Shown: positions 1-9,530 of the stretch, piece by piece
Numbering within the stretch: position 1 is the stretch's first letter
Layout of the letters: each line of letters opens with the position of its first letter
Assembly (NCBI GenBank): GCA_040903745.1
Contig: JBBDUV010000047.1
Location: forward strand, 3,779 to 67,778
DNA: 64,000 nucleotides
Origin: Bacteroidales bacterium
GTDB taxonomy: Bacteria; Bacteroidota; Bacteroidia; Bacteroidales; GCA-2748055
Direction of reading: 5' to 3'
Made by a program: the position numbers and the translations under genes
The notes under the pieces: model-generated
Seen by the model: the letters and a program-made list of their open reading frames with translations, nothing else
What the model was told of the DNA's origin: nothing
The model's database searches: none

Positions 1-582
1 TGAACTTTCATTTACCACCAGTTTACCGCCTAGAATAAGCCCCGTGAGCCCGGCAATGATTAAGGCAATACTCAAGATAACAGGCTTATTGACGGTCGTT
101 GTAGTTGCTGGGACAGCAGATCGAAGATTGAAGAATACGTAGATAAGGAACCCGGCAAAGAGGGACAAGAGAATAATTCCTCCAGGTAAACCTATCACGG
201 AAACGGATCCATTGGACGTGGTGTTCGCCAAAACATACAGAACCAGCACAGCGATCATGGAGATCGGGATCTCCAGCCAAACTGTTTTTTGCTGAACGAA
301 CAGGGGCAAAATTGTGCCAGATATACCGAGGATGAATAAAAGGTTGAAAATATTACTTCCAATCACATTACCCAACAGTACCTCGCTCAAGCCGTTCCGG
401 GAGGCAACAATATTCACTACCAGTTCGGGAGTTGAGGTTCCAAAGGCAACGATGGTTAATCCGACAGCCAGTTCCGACACATGAAATCGCCGGGCGAATG
501 AGGAGGCACCGCTGACCAGAAAGTTGGCGCCCAGGATCAGGGCAGTAAAGCCCGTTAGCAGGAGAAGCAGGTTGAGAAGCAT
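1..582 (-). CDS. Calcium/sodium antiporter (YrbG/CaCA family), 3' end outside window
   Basis: Hand translation from ATG at 582: MLLNLLLLLTGFTALILGANFLVSGAS...GLTIVAFGTSTPEL...GNVIGSNIFN, the alpha-1 repeat motifs of Na/Ca exchangers; frame open to the window edge. Confidence 0.9.
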   Translation of the reverse strand, partial: MLLNLLLLLTGFTALILGANFLVSGASSFARRFHVSELAVGLTIVAFGTSTPELVVNIVASRNGLSEVLLGNVIGSNIFNLLFILGISGTILPLFVQQKTVWLEIPISMIAVLVLYVLANTTSNGSVSVIGLPGGIILLSLFAGFLIYVFFNLRSAVPATTTTVNKPVILSIALIIAGLTGLILGGKLVVNESS

Positions 583-586
583 GAGG

Positions 587-1207
587 TTACTCAGTTTTGT
601 TTTGTTCCTCTGATGTGTTTTCTATTTCATCCCATCCTGCGACACCGGCAGATACTATGAATTTCATAACATCCGCAGGTGAGATATCGATCGGTCGCAC
701 ATTTTCTCTAGGAACGATAAATAGTTCGCCTGAAAAATTATAGGAATGGGGAAAATAGACTGCTACCTTATCCTTTTCACCCAGTCTGGACAGATCCTCT
801 TCTGTAAGAAACCCCAGTTTTTCCAGGTTCGAAATATGGTTAACAAGTACCAATACCGGCCGGTTGAATTTTCTCTCCTTTCCTACAAAAGCCGAAAAAA
901 GGTCGTTAAATGCAGAGTAAACCACCTTTAGCAGTGGTACCTTTTTCAGTAGCTTATTGAAGAAGGCCTTTAAAGGCCGGCCAAGAAATGTTTTTCCCAG
1001 GAACCCGATCAGCATCAATAACAGGATGATAATCAGGATACCCAATCCCGGAATATAGATGTCGAACCACTTGATAAGCAATTCTTTCAGTATTCCGTCG
1101 ATAACAGTGAACAGTTGATAAATAATATAAATTGTGATGGCCAGGGGTGCAATGAATAGCATACCCTGCAACATGTAATTGATAAGCCGTTTCATAAGTC
1201 GTTTCAT
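587..1207 (-). CDS. DUF502 (COG2928) membrane protein
   Basis: Two N-terminal TM segments, KVPLLKVVYS and VAVYFPHSYNFSGELFIVP motifs. Confidence 0.85.
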   Translation of the reverse strand: MKRLMKRLINYMLQGMLFIAPLAITIYIIYQLFTVIDGILKELLIKWFDIYIPGLGILIIILLLMLIGFLGKTFLGRPLKAFFNKLLKKVPLLKVVYSAFNDLFSAFVGKERKFNRPVLVLVNHISNLEKLGFLTEEDLSRLGEKDKVAVYFPHSYNFSGELFIVPRENVRPIDISPADVMKFIVSAGVAGWDEIENTSEEQNKTE

Positions 1208-1515
1208 GTTTTTTATTTCTTATTTAAAGCTTCCCTGTCCAATCCGGGCAGGTCCAAATAATTATTATTGATTATTTCTGCCTGTTTCGGGACGCAATAT
1301 GGCAAAAAAACACCTTCCTCCGACCCTTTACATTCCGGCATTACAAAGATATAGATATATAAATGATATTATGGGGATAGTGACCAGTATAGTGCTTCTG
1401 TTGCAGATTATTCTTTCAGGTTTGGAATTGTTTGCAGAACCTTTAAAAACAGGTCTTGGTGAGGCTTCCCTGTGGCGCTTTTTTTTCCTATCTTCGCGGA
1501 CTGAAATCAGGCTTA

Positions 1516-3495
1516 ATGAATTATCTCTCAGTAGAAAATATTTCCAAGGCGTACGGAGTACAGGTTCTTTTTGAAGGAATCACCTTTGGATTGGAACGGG
1601 GCGATAAAACAGCGCTTATTGCACGGAACGGGGCCGGGAAGACTACGCTGCTGCGGATACTGAGTGGGAAAGAGAGTACCGATACAGGTGAGTTCAAGAT
1701 CCGCAATGGTATCCGAACCGCTTTTCTGGAGCAGTCGCCCGAGCTCGATAACTCCCTAACCATTGATGAGCTGATCGTCTCTGCGAATACACCGGTGCTG
1801 AGTGTGATCAGGCATTACGAACAGGTGATCAGCGAGCATTCGGCGGACCATTCAACAGAAGGGATGAAGCTGCTCGAGGCGGCTACCAATGAGATGGACC
1901 ATGTGCAGGGGTGGGATTATGACAGGCGACTGAAGCAACTGCTGGACCTCTTCAGGATCACCGATACTTCGCAAAGTGTAGCAAGCCTTTCCGGTGGCGA
2001 GAAGAAACGGCTCGCACTGGCGCTGGTCTTGCTTGATGAGCCGGAGTTGCTGATCCTTGATGAGCCGACCAACCACCTCGATATCGATATGATTGAATGG
2101 TTGGAGCGTTACCTGGCGCAGAGCAACCTGACACTGCTTATGGTGACCCACGACCGGTATTTTCTTGACAGGGTGTGTAACAGGATCCTGGAGATGGACC
2201 GGGGAGTGCTTTTTCAGTACCAGGGGAATTATGAGTATTTTCTTGAAAAAAGAGTTGAAAGGGAGGTGCAGTTTCAAACTGAGACCGACAAGTCGGGTCA
2301 GCTAATGAAAAAAGAGCTGGAGTGGCTCAGGCGGATGCCGAAGGCGCGGACAGGAAAATCGAAAGCGCGGATCGATGCTTTTGACGCTATCAAGACGAAA
2401 GCAACGGCAAACTCTGATGAAGGCGAATGGAGGCTCCAGGTGAAGATCCCGCGCCTGGGCGGGAAGATCAAAGAGCTGGAGCACATTCATAAAAAATATG
2501 ACTCGCTCACTATCATCGATGATTTCAGCTATAAGTTCGCCAAGGGGGAACGGCTGGGGATCATCGGCCGGAACGGAACAGGAAAATCGACCTTCCTGAA
2601 TGTGATCAGTGGTGCGGATCAGCCCGATTCAGGAACGATCGACACCGGGGAGACATTGGTGACAGCGTATTACCGCCAGATGGGAATTTCATGGAAAGAG
2701 AATCAACGGGTGATCGATGCGGTGAAGGAGATCGCTGAAGTGGTGGAGCTGAAAAACGGAAGGACCATCTCGGCATCGCAGTTCCTGGAGCATTTCATGT
2801 TCACTCCCGAGTCGCAGTATAAGCAGATTGCCAAGCTGAGCGGGGGAGAGTTGAGGCGGTTGCATTTGCTGACTGTGCTGATTAAGAATCCGAACTTTCT
2901 TATTTTGGATGAGCCCACGAATGACCTTGACTTGTTTGCATTGAATAAATTGGAGGAATTTCTTCTGGCCTATGAGGGGTGCCTGATGATTGTGTCGCAT
3001 GACCGGTATTTTCTCGATAAGCTGACTGATCATCTTTTTATTTTTAAAGGCAACGGAAAGATCTTGGACCATTACGGGAAGTATTCCCAATACAGGATGG
3101 AGCAGAATGCGAAACGGCCGGAAGAGTCAGATGAGAGGAAGCAGCAACCGGGGGGTACAAAGGGTGCGGTGGAAAATGGACAGCAGCTTAGAAGGCAATC
3201 GGGCGGCCGGGCAGGGAAAGATGTGCAGGGAAGCGACGGTGCCAAAGGGAAGGCTGCGGTGAAGGGTGGCGATCAGCAGAAAACAAAATTAACGTTTAAA
3301 GAGAAGCAGGAATATACAGCGTTGGAGAAGGAAATCGAGTCGCTGGAGGCGGAGAAGGAGGTGCTTGAGCAGGAGCTGAACGCCGGCGGGGACGATTATG
3401 AGGCGTTGCATAGTAAGTCGCAGCGGGTGGCGGAGATTATTGGTCTGATGGAAAGTAAAATGAACCGGTGGATGGAGCTCGGACAGTATCTCTAA
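1516..3495 (+). CDS. ABC-F family ATPase (Uup-like)
   Basis: Two ABC domains (ARNGAGKTT, LSGGE, LDEPTNHLD; GRNGTGKST, LDEPTNDLD), no TM segments, C-terminal coiled coil; start placed at MNYLSVEN. Confidence 0.9.
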   Translation: MNYLSVENISKAYGVQVLFEGITFGLERGDKTALIARNGAGKTTLLRILSGKESTDTGEFKIRNGIRTAFLEQSPELDNSLTIDELIVSANTPVLSVIRHYEQVISEHSADHSTEGMKLLEAATNEMDHVQGWDYDRRLKQLLDLFRITDTSQSVASLSGGEKKRLALALVLLDEPELLILDEPTNHLDIDMIEWLERYLAQSNLTLLMVTHDRYFLDRVCNRILEMDRGVLFQYQGNYEYFLEKRVEREVQFQTETDKSGQLMKKELEWLRRMPKARTGKSKARIDAFDAIKTKATANSDEGEWRLQVKIPRLGGKIKELEHIHKKYDSLTIIDDFSYKFAKGERLGIIGRNGTGKSTFLNVISGADQPDSGTIDTGETLVTAYYRQMGISWKENQRVIDAVKEIAEVVELKNGRTISASQFLEHFMFTPESQYKQIAKLSGGELRRLHLLTVLIKNPNFLILDEPTNDLDLFALNKLEEFLLAYEGCLMIVSHDRYFLDKLTDHLFIFKGNGKILDHYGKYSQYRMEQNAKRPEESDERKQQPGGTKGAVENGQQLRRQSGGRAGKDVQGSDGAKGKAAVKGGDQQKTKLTFKEKQEYTALEKEIESLEAEKEVLEQELNAGGDDYEALHSKSQRVAEIIGLMESKMNRWMELGQYL

Positions 3496-3496
3496 C

Positions 3497-3763
3497 GGCA
3501 GCCTGTACAGACATGCCGCCCCTAGCGGGGCTGGGGGTTTCATGTTGGCAGATCGTTCTACAGACATGGCGCTAACGGAGCTGGGGTTTCATGTTGGCAG
3601 CCTGTATAGACATGCCGCCCCTAGCGGGGCCAGACATGTCGCCCTTAGCAGGGCTCATGGTTCCAGGTGGGCAGATTGTTCTACAGACATTAGGCTCCTA
3701 ACGGAGCCATTTCAGCTCCGGAGGAGCGACATGTATAGCCCCAGCGGGGCGCCATGTCTGTAG
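3497..3763. repeat. Cluster of about 7 REP-like palindromic units (consensus CTACAGACATG-N2-GCCCC-N4/5-GGGGCT), five forward and two reverse
   Basis: Units at about 3506, 3558, 3605, 3632, 3681 (+) and 3714-3738, 3737-3763 (-); a 35-bp segment recurs at 3497 and 3596. Confidence 0.8.
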
Positions 3764-3800
3764 CAGGCGCCATTTCTGTAAATGGAATAAAATAGAAAAT

Positions 3801-5390
3801 ATGGATTTAAAAAACGAAATAAAAAGAAGACGAACCTTTGCAATTATCAGTCACCCCGACGCCGGGAAAACCACGCTTACCGAGAAGCTGCTGCTTTTTG
3901 GAAACGCGATCCAGACGGCCGGGGCGGTGAAGAGCAACAAGATCAGGAAGACCTCGCAGTCCGATTTCATGGAGATTGAGAAGCAGCGGGGTATCTCCGT
4001 ATCCACATCTGTTATGGCTTTCGAATACGACGGCAACCAGGTAAACATCCTCGATACACCCGGTCACAAGGATTTTGCGGAGGATACCTACCGGACCCTT
4101 TCGGCGGTCGACAGTGTGATCCTGGTGGTCGACACGGCCAAAGGGGTGGAAGAGCAGACTCGCAAGCTGATGCAGGTGTGCCGCATGCGACATACCCCGG
4201 TGATGATCTTTGTTAACAAGATGGACAGGGAGGGGATCCTCCATTTTGATCTGTTGGAAGAGTTTGAGCGGGAGCTGAAGATTGCCGTGTGCCCCTACAC
4301 CTGGCCCATTGGATCGGGAAGAAAATTCCAGGCGGTATATAACCTGTATACAAAATCTGTATCGGTCGTGCAGGAAGGCACTGCCACCAGGACCACAGGA
4401 GTGAGTCGATTTGGCGATATCAATGACCCGACCTTGCAGGGAAAGATCCGTGAAGAGACCATGGAGGCCTTCAGGGACGATGAGGAGCTGGTAAGTGGGG
4501 TGTTCGAGCCTTTCAACCGTTCGTTGTACCTGGATGGGTACCTGGCGCCGGTATTTTTTGGCAGTGCACTGAACAACGACGGCGTACTGGAGCTGCTGGA
4601 GACCTTCCTGGAGATCGCGCCTTCCCCCGGTACAGTGGAGACAACCGAGAGGACGATTGAACCAACAGAAGAGAAGCTTACCGGCTTTGTTTTTAAGATC
4701 CATGCCAACCTCGATCCGAACCACCGCGACCGGATCGCCTTTATGCGGATCTGCTCGGGCAGGTTTGAAAGAAATAAGTTTTACTACCATACCCGGCTGA
4801 AGAAAAAGCTCCGGTTTCCGTCACCCACCAGCTTTATGGCCAACAGCAAAACGGTGGTTGATGAGGCGTTCCCTGGGGATGTGGTTGGACTGTACGACAG
4901 TGGAAACTTTAAGATCGGCGATACGCTCACGGAAGGGGAGAGCCTGCATTTCAAGGGAATCCCCAGTTTTTCACCGGAGATTCTGCGCGAGGTGATCAAC
5001 CTGGATAATTTTAAATCGAAGCAGCTCGACAAAGGGGTGCGGCAGCTTACCGATGAGGGGGTGGCGCAGCTGTTCATCCAGCAGCCGGGGAACCGGAAGA
5101 TTATCGGTACGGTTGGGGAGCTGCAGTATGAGGTGATCAGGTACCGGCTCGAGCATGAGTACGGGGCCAAATGCAATTTCTCACCGCTTTCGTTCCAGGG
5201 GGCATACTGGATCACCACGGATGATCAGAAGCAGTTGGATGAATTTATGCAGCGCAAGGCGAATGTGATCGCCTATGATAAGGAGGATACGCCGATATTC
5301 TTCGCGGAGAGTGAATGGGGATTGAAAACGTTGCAGGAGATGTATCCTGCCCTGGTCTTTCATACCACCTCCGATTTTAAGGCTGAATAG
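3801..5390 (+). CDS. prfC: Peptide chain release factor 3
   Basis: [52 protein letters not shown]. Confidence 0.97.
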   Translation: MDLKNEIKRRRTFAIISHPDAGKTTLTEKLLLFGNAIQTAGAVKSNKIRKTSQSDFMEIEKQRGISVSTSVMAFEYDGNQVNILDTPGHKDFAEDTYRTLSAVDSVILVVDTAKGVEEQTRKLMQVCRMRHTPVMIFVNKMDREGILHFDLLEEFERELKIAVCPYTWPIGSGRKFQAVYNLYTKSVSVVQEGTATRTTGVSRFGDINDPTLQGKIREETMEAFRDDEELVSGVFEPFNRSLYLDGYLAPVFFGSALNNDGVLELLETFLEIAPSPGTVETTERTIEPTEEKLTGFVFKIHANLDPNHRDRIAFMRICSGRFERNKFYYHTRLKKKLRFPSPTSFMANSKTVVDEAFPGDVVGLYDSGNFKIGDTLTEGESLHFKGIPSFSPEILREVINLDNFKSKQLDKGVRQLTDEGVAQLFIQQPGNRKIIGTVGELQYEVIRYRLEHEYGAKCNFSPLSFQGAYWITTDDQKQLDEFMQRKANVIAYDKEDTPIFFAESEWGLKTLQEMYPALVFHTTSDFKAE

Positions 5391-5536
5391 GCGATCCTCC
5401 GGGACAACGGTTGTTCCGGTAAGAGAATTCATGGAAAGAAAGTTGACCTTTCCGATATTGATTGAGATATAGCTGCTGATTTTGCATAAAAATTTGATGT
5501 TGCTGATAAATTCGTAGATTTGCAGAAATTGTTCCA

Positions 5537-6382
5537 TTGGAAAGAGATACAGACATAACTGAGGATACGCGTTACCAGATAAAGCTTATCTCGTTGATAA
5601 GTCTGGGCATGTTTCTTTTCGTATTGTTTTTTCAGCCTTTTGAAGTTCGTCAGGTGGATTTCAACAACCGCCTCGTATTTCTTTTAGGTATTGCCGTCAT
5701 TACTTTTTTGATATTGGGTCTGTTCAGGATTATTATGCCTGTTTCGCTAACCAGCAGGATCCATGCAGAGTCGTTGAAGATCACGAACGAGGTGGGGTTG
5801 ATTTTATTGATCTGGGTTTTCATTACAACAGCGAATATCTTTTATCTCTATTACGTTGGAAAAATTGATCTTTCACTGGCAGAGGGGGTACAGATCGCTC
5901 TCTTTTCTGCATTTCCGTCAATTATCCTAAAGCTGGCAGATGTAAACATGATGCTACGTGTTCAGTTAAGACAATTTGTGAGGCGCAATCTGAAACTGGA
6001 GCACGACCTTGCAAATGCTAAGGAGCAGCGGGTTGAATCTGTTGTATTTCATTCAGAATCCCAATCGGAAAAGATCGAATTGTTTCCAGACGATATCTTA
6101 ATGATTAAATCAGCAGACAATTACGTGGATATATTCTTTAAAAATGAAGACAAGATCGGACACAAGTTATTGCGGAACACACTAAAAAATATTCAGAAAG
6201 TACTCAGGAAGCATGCGGAGTTTCTGCGTTGTCACCGCACCTGTATAGTAAATTCCTCCTATATTGTAAATATGACCAACAGCTACAAGGGACACCGTTT
6301 AAAGCTACTCGATCTCGACGAAGAGATTCCTGTCTCCCGGCAGTATATACTAGGCATTAAAGAGGTGCTCGATTTAGATTAG
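5537..6382 (+). CDS. Membrane-anchored LytTR-family transcriptional regulator
   Basis: About four TM helices followed by a LytTR domain (IKSADNYV, FLRCHRTCIVN, IPVSR). Confidence 0.88.
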   Translation: MERDTDITEDTRYQIKLISLISLGMFLFVLFFQPFEVRQVDFNNRLVFLLGIAVITFLILGLFRIIMPVSLTSRIHAESLKITNEVGLILLIWVFITTANIFYLYYVGKIDLSLAEGVQIALFSAFPSIILKLADVNMMLRVQLRQFVRRNLKLEHDLANAKEQRVESVVFHSESQSEKIELFPDDILMIKSADNYVDIFFKNEDKIGHKLLRNTLKNIQKVLRKHAEFLRCHRTCIVNSSYIVNMTNSYKGHRLKLLDLDEEIPVSRQYILGIKEVLDLD

Positions 6383-6406
6383 GGGTGAATGCCACTCACC
6401 CCTAAT
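6378..6406 (+). terminator. 11-bp inverted repeat at the end of the LytTR gene (terminator or regulator site)
   Basis: ATTAGGGGTGA-N7-TCACCCCTAAT followed by TTGT. Confidence 0.45.
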
Positions 6407-6530
6407 TTGTATTATCGGTCACTTTTATGCCTTAAACTGCCAAAAAAAAAACGAAATAGTATAAGTTTGGTATCTGAAAATATATCAGCACAAGCTGGTT
6501 AGATCAATTATTAACCAAATTTAAAGAAAA

Positions 6531-7334
6531 ATGTCACGAATTGTCGAAAAGTACGCAGAACTTCCCAAGCCACTCAGAAAACCATTGTGGCAGTGGTGGC
6601 ACAGAACCATGAATAAGTATGACAGGGAGAATGCTGCTAATTTCATGAACTATGGCTATGAGTTGTTGAATGGCGATCCACGATTGGAATTGAAGGATGA
6701 GGATGAGATCGACAGGTATTGCATTCAGCTGTACGATCATGTAGTGAACCGGGCCGATATCAAAGGCAAGGATGTTCTTGAGGTAGGTTCCGGACGTGGT
6801 GGTGGAGCTTCATACATTACCCGTTATTTCAACCCGAAGAGCTATGTTGGACTGGATATTTCAGAGAGCAGTATTGCATTCTGCAACAATCATTTTGATG
6901 TTCCGGGTTTGTCATTTAAGTATGGGGTAGCGGAGAAGCTTCCTTTTCCAGACAAGACATTTGATTTTGTCGTGAATGTAGAATCAGCACGTTGTTATAG
7001 CGATATGCAGGCCTTTTTTAATGAGGTTTTCCGGGTTCTCAAGGATGATGGCAAGCTGCTCATTGCCGACATGATCTATCCGAAAGAGCTGAAAGAATTC
7101 AGGGCCAGGATAGAGAAAAGCAAATTCAAGACGGTGCATGAGACCAATATATCGAAGAATGTGGTAGCAGCACTCGATAAGGATTCTGCCCGTAGGGAGC
7201 ACCTGATTGACACAAAGGCTCCTAAGATACTTCGGAAGTCGTTCAAGACCTTTGCCGGTACGATTGGAACCTCTCGCTACAACAACTTCGCCAACGGTAT
7301 TTTTGAGTACTGGAGTTTTGTACTGGAGAAATAA
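6531..7334 (+). CDS. Class I SAM-dependent methyltransferase (resembles mycobacterial fatty-acid/phthiotriol O-methyltransferases)
   Basis: VLEVGSGRGGG SAM motif, FMNYGY...DRYCIQLY, NVESARCY; -7 element TAAGTTTG at 6462-6469. Confidence 0.8.
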   Translation: MSRIVEKYAELPKPLRKPLWQWWHRTMNKYDRENAANFMNYGYELLNGDPRLELKDEDEIDRYCIQLYDHVVNRADIKGKDVLEVGSGRGGGASYITRYFNPKSYVGLDISESSIAFCNNHFDVPGLSFKYGVAEKLPFPDKTFDFVVNVESARCYSDMQAFFNEVFRVLKDDGKLLIADMIYPKELKEFRARIEKSKFKTVHETNISKNVVAALDKDSARREHLIDTKAPKILRKSFKTFAGTIGTSRYNNFANGIFEYWSFVLEK

Positions 7335-7368
7335 GGAGTTCCCTTATTTTCTGGACTCTGGAACAAAT

Positions 7369-7647
7369 CTAGAGCGCTTGTCGCAGTTCTTGATCAATTC
7401 TGTCTGTTAAAAAGATCTTTATCAACGATTGATAAGGCACATCTTTCTTATGCGCGAGCACTTTCAGTTCATCAATAATATATTCGGGTAGACGCAGTGA
7501 GATGGTTTTCGTTGTAGGTTTCAGATTACTGAAAGCTACTTTTTCCGAGACATCCCAGTCAATATATTCAGAGGAATCATTTTTGCTCCAGAAAGTGCGC
7601 TCTTCCTCCTCATTTTTAAAAACAGGTATTTTATTTGCTTTTTTCAT
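7369..7647 (-). CDS. BrnA/CopG-like antitoxin
   Basis: IPVFKNEEEERTFW, NLKPTTKTISLRLP...DVPYQSLIK ribbon-helix-helix; overlaps the upstream toxin gene. Confidence 0.85.
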   Translation of the reverse strand: MKKANKIPVFKNEEEERTFWSKNDSSEYIDWDVSEKVAFSNLKPTTKTISLRLPEYIIDELKVLAHKKDVPYQSLIKIFLTDRIDQELRQAL

Positions 7648-7933
7648 AATATATCCTCCTCTCTTTTTTACTCATATCTCTGGCAGAAATGATACGAATC
7701 AGTCTGTCTCTGATAGTAAAGACGATGAATAACTGGCGCTGGTTGTCAGTCTTGCCTAAGAGAAACCATCTTTTCTCAGATTGTGAATGAAATAGATCAT
7801 CACCAACTATGACGGGAGCATTAAAGTATACCTGCTCACATTCATTTCTGCTCACGTGATGAAGTATCCAGTTCTTTTCTGAGTTTCCTTCATCCCAATC
7901 AAAACCAATACAATTTGTAAAAATATCACTCAT
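7631..7933 (-). CDS. BrnT-family ribonuclease toxin
   Basis: GFDWDEGNSEKNWILHHVS...VFTIR..LIRIISARDMSKKERRIY; start placed at MSDIF. Confidence 0.88.
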   Translation of the reverse strand: MSDIFTNCIGFDWDEGNSEKNWILHHVSRNECEQVYFNAPVIVGDDLFHSQSEKRWFLLGKTDNQRQLFIVFTIRDRLIRIISARDMSKKERRIYYEKSK

Positions 7934-7937
7934 AATC

Positions 7938-7956
7938 GTATATTGTAAAGATATAC
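7938..7956 (-). promoter_or_regulatory. Putative BrnA autoregulatory operator
   Basis: GTATAT-N7-ATATAC inverted repeat directly upstream of the toxin start codon. Confidence 0.45.
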
Positions 7957-8145
7957 AAACATTATAAGAATAGCAAAATGACAAGGATGAAAAAAGACTC
8001 TGTTTGGTTGATTGACTTCTTCGAATTTTTGTTTATACCTTATAACGAGCAGGTTCCGGCGTTGAATGCGGCTGTCATGAAAGATAAAGAATAGAATTCC
8101 TACATGAGTTTAAATAGCATGGTTGATTTACATCCGAAAATTTGA

Positions 8146-8168
8146 TATATTTGTACCATATAGGTACA
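8146..8168 (+). promoter_or_regulatory. Bacteroidota -7 promoter element overlapped by a YefM-type operator
   Basis: TATATTTG (8146-8153) overlapping the perfect inverted repeat TGTACC-ATATA-GGTACA (8152-8168). Confidence 0.65.
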
Positions 8169-8181
8169 TATTTTATCGAAT

Positions 8182-8433
8182 ATGAAGATAGTTAATAGCA
8201 GAGAATTCAGGGACCATCAAAAGAAGTATTTTGATCTGGTTGACCAGAATGAACAGATCATTGTTCAGAGGGGCAAGGATAAGGCCTATGTGATTATCTC
8301 TCTGAACGATGCTGACCGATTGTCTGTCAACGATACCTTGATTCAAACTGTTCGGGAAGCTGAGGCAGAATACTCAATGCGCAAAACTATCAGTATTAAT
8401 GATTCTGGTAATATATGGGAAAGTATATTATAG
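8182..8433 (+). CDS. Phd/YefM-family antitoxin
   Basis: MKIVNSREFRDHQKKYFDLVD..EQIIVQRG; overlaps the downstream toxin gene. Confidence 0.85.
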   Translation: MKIVNSREFRDHQKKYFDLVDQNEQIIVQRGKDKAYVIISLNDADRLSVNDTLIQTVREAEAEYSMRKTISINDSGNIWESIL

Positions 8434-8696
8434 AGGTCGCCTCGAAAGCCAGAAAGGAATTACAGCTGCATCATAAATCAGGTAAAAAATCTGATATCAG
8501 GAGAATCGAACAGATTTTCCGGGAATTGTCAGATACACCCTATGAGGGAACAGGAAATCCTGAACCGCTTAAATATAAATTGTCCGGGTATTGGTCAAGA
8601 CGAATAAACAAAAAAGACCGCATCGTCTACAAAGTAATTGAAGATAAAATACTTATACTGGTAGTGTCAGCCATCGGGCACTACGGAGACAAATAA
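8415..8696 (+). CDS. Txe/YoeB-family toxin
   Basis: TPYEGTGNPEPLKYKLSGYWSRRINKKDRIVY...GHY. Confidence 0.92.
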   Translation: MGKYIIEVASKARKELQLHHKSGKKSDIRRIEQIFRELSDTPYEGTGNPEPLKYKLSGYWSRRINKKDRIVYKVIEDKILILVVSAIGHYGDK

Positions 8697-8778
8697 GAAA
8701 TTCGCTTATTCGAATTTCTTCAGCACTCAGAAGATTTTCTTAAGATTCTGAATGCCATTAAGAGCGGAGGAGAGGTGT

Positions 8779-9126
8779 TTATTCGAACTCTTTCGGCACC
8801 CCGCAGATGATTTTGAAGGGGTGATCGCCCTTGTTGCGGTACTGGTGTTTTTCGCCGGGGTTGACCAAGGCAAAGTCGCCCGCTTTCATCTGGGTTTCTT
8901 CGCCTTTTTCGTTGACCAGTGCACCCCGACCCTCGATCACATAATTCATATGTTCGTAAGGATGTTGGTGATAGGGGGTATGTCCGCCCGGATCAACGGT
9001 AAACACCCTGTAAGAGTATACCGGGACGCCATCGTCCTTTCCCAGGGGAAGTTGTTTCCAGGCACCGGAAGCTCCCTCCATGTGCACCTCCATCTTTTCC
9101 ACGTTGTTCAGCGAGATTACTTTCAT
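8779..9126 (-). CDS. Cupin domain protein
   Basis: PGGHTPYHQHPYEH...PGEKHQYRN cupin motifs. Confidence 0.88.
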   Translation of the reverse strand: MKVISLNNVEKMEVHMEGASGAWKQLPLGKDDGVPVYSYRVFTVDPGGHTPYHQHPYEHMNYVIEGRGALVNEKGEETQMKAGDFALVNPGEKHQYRNKGDHPFKIICGVPKEFE

Positions 9127-9317
9127 ATTTTTTTAAATATATTATTGCGTCTTCACACAGTTCAAATAACTATTTTCAATGCTGGGAGGATCATTGTAAT
9201 TCCTGTTTTGTATTAAGGGTTTGTAAAGATAACATGTAAAAAAACAGATTTGTTTTTTGATGGTGTTTTTTTAGATGAATTTTTATACTTTTGTGCTGCT
9301 TCATTAAGCAAATCTCC

Positions 9318-9406
<89 letters not shown>

Positions 9407-9424
9407 AACATGTAAAGCCCGAAA

Positions 9425-9523
9425 TCCGACACGCAGTGGAGGATTGGGGATTTCCATGTTGCAAGGACCTCCCTATTGGGGATCATGTAATAATTCCCCT
9501 TCCGACACGCAGTGGCGGATTGG
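9425..9523. repeat. Two 23-bp direct repeats with hairpin potential (REP-like)
   Basis: TCCGACACGCAGTGGAGGATTGG (9425-9447) and TCCGACACGCAGTGGCGGATTGG (9501-9523). Confidence 0.75.
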
Positions 9524-9530
9524 CCCCCCT

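Noticed and set aside
3497-3763. Possible CRISPR array
   Set aside because: Units are degenerate, occur in both orientations, have irregular and partly repeated spacers, and no cas genes are present; REP-like instead
3807-4790. Long antisense ORFs (here 327 aa; also 33463-34164 and 38207-38872)
   Set aside because: Shadows of well-supported genes on the opposite strand, with no recognisable motifs
8040-8067. attC-like TAAC...GTTGAAT between the TA modules
   Set aside because: Far shorter than a real attC site, no L-box pairing, no integron integrase
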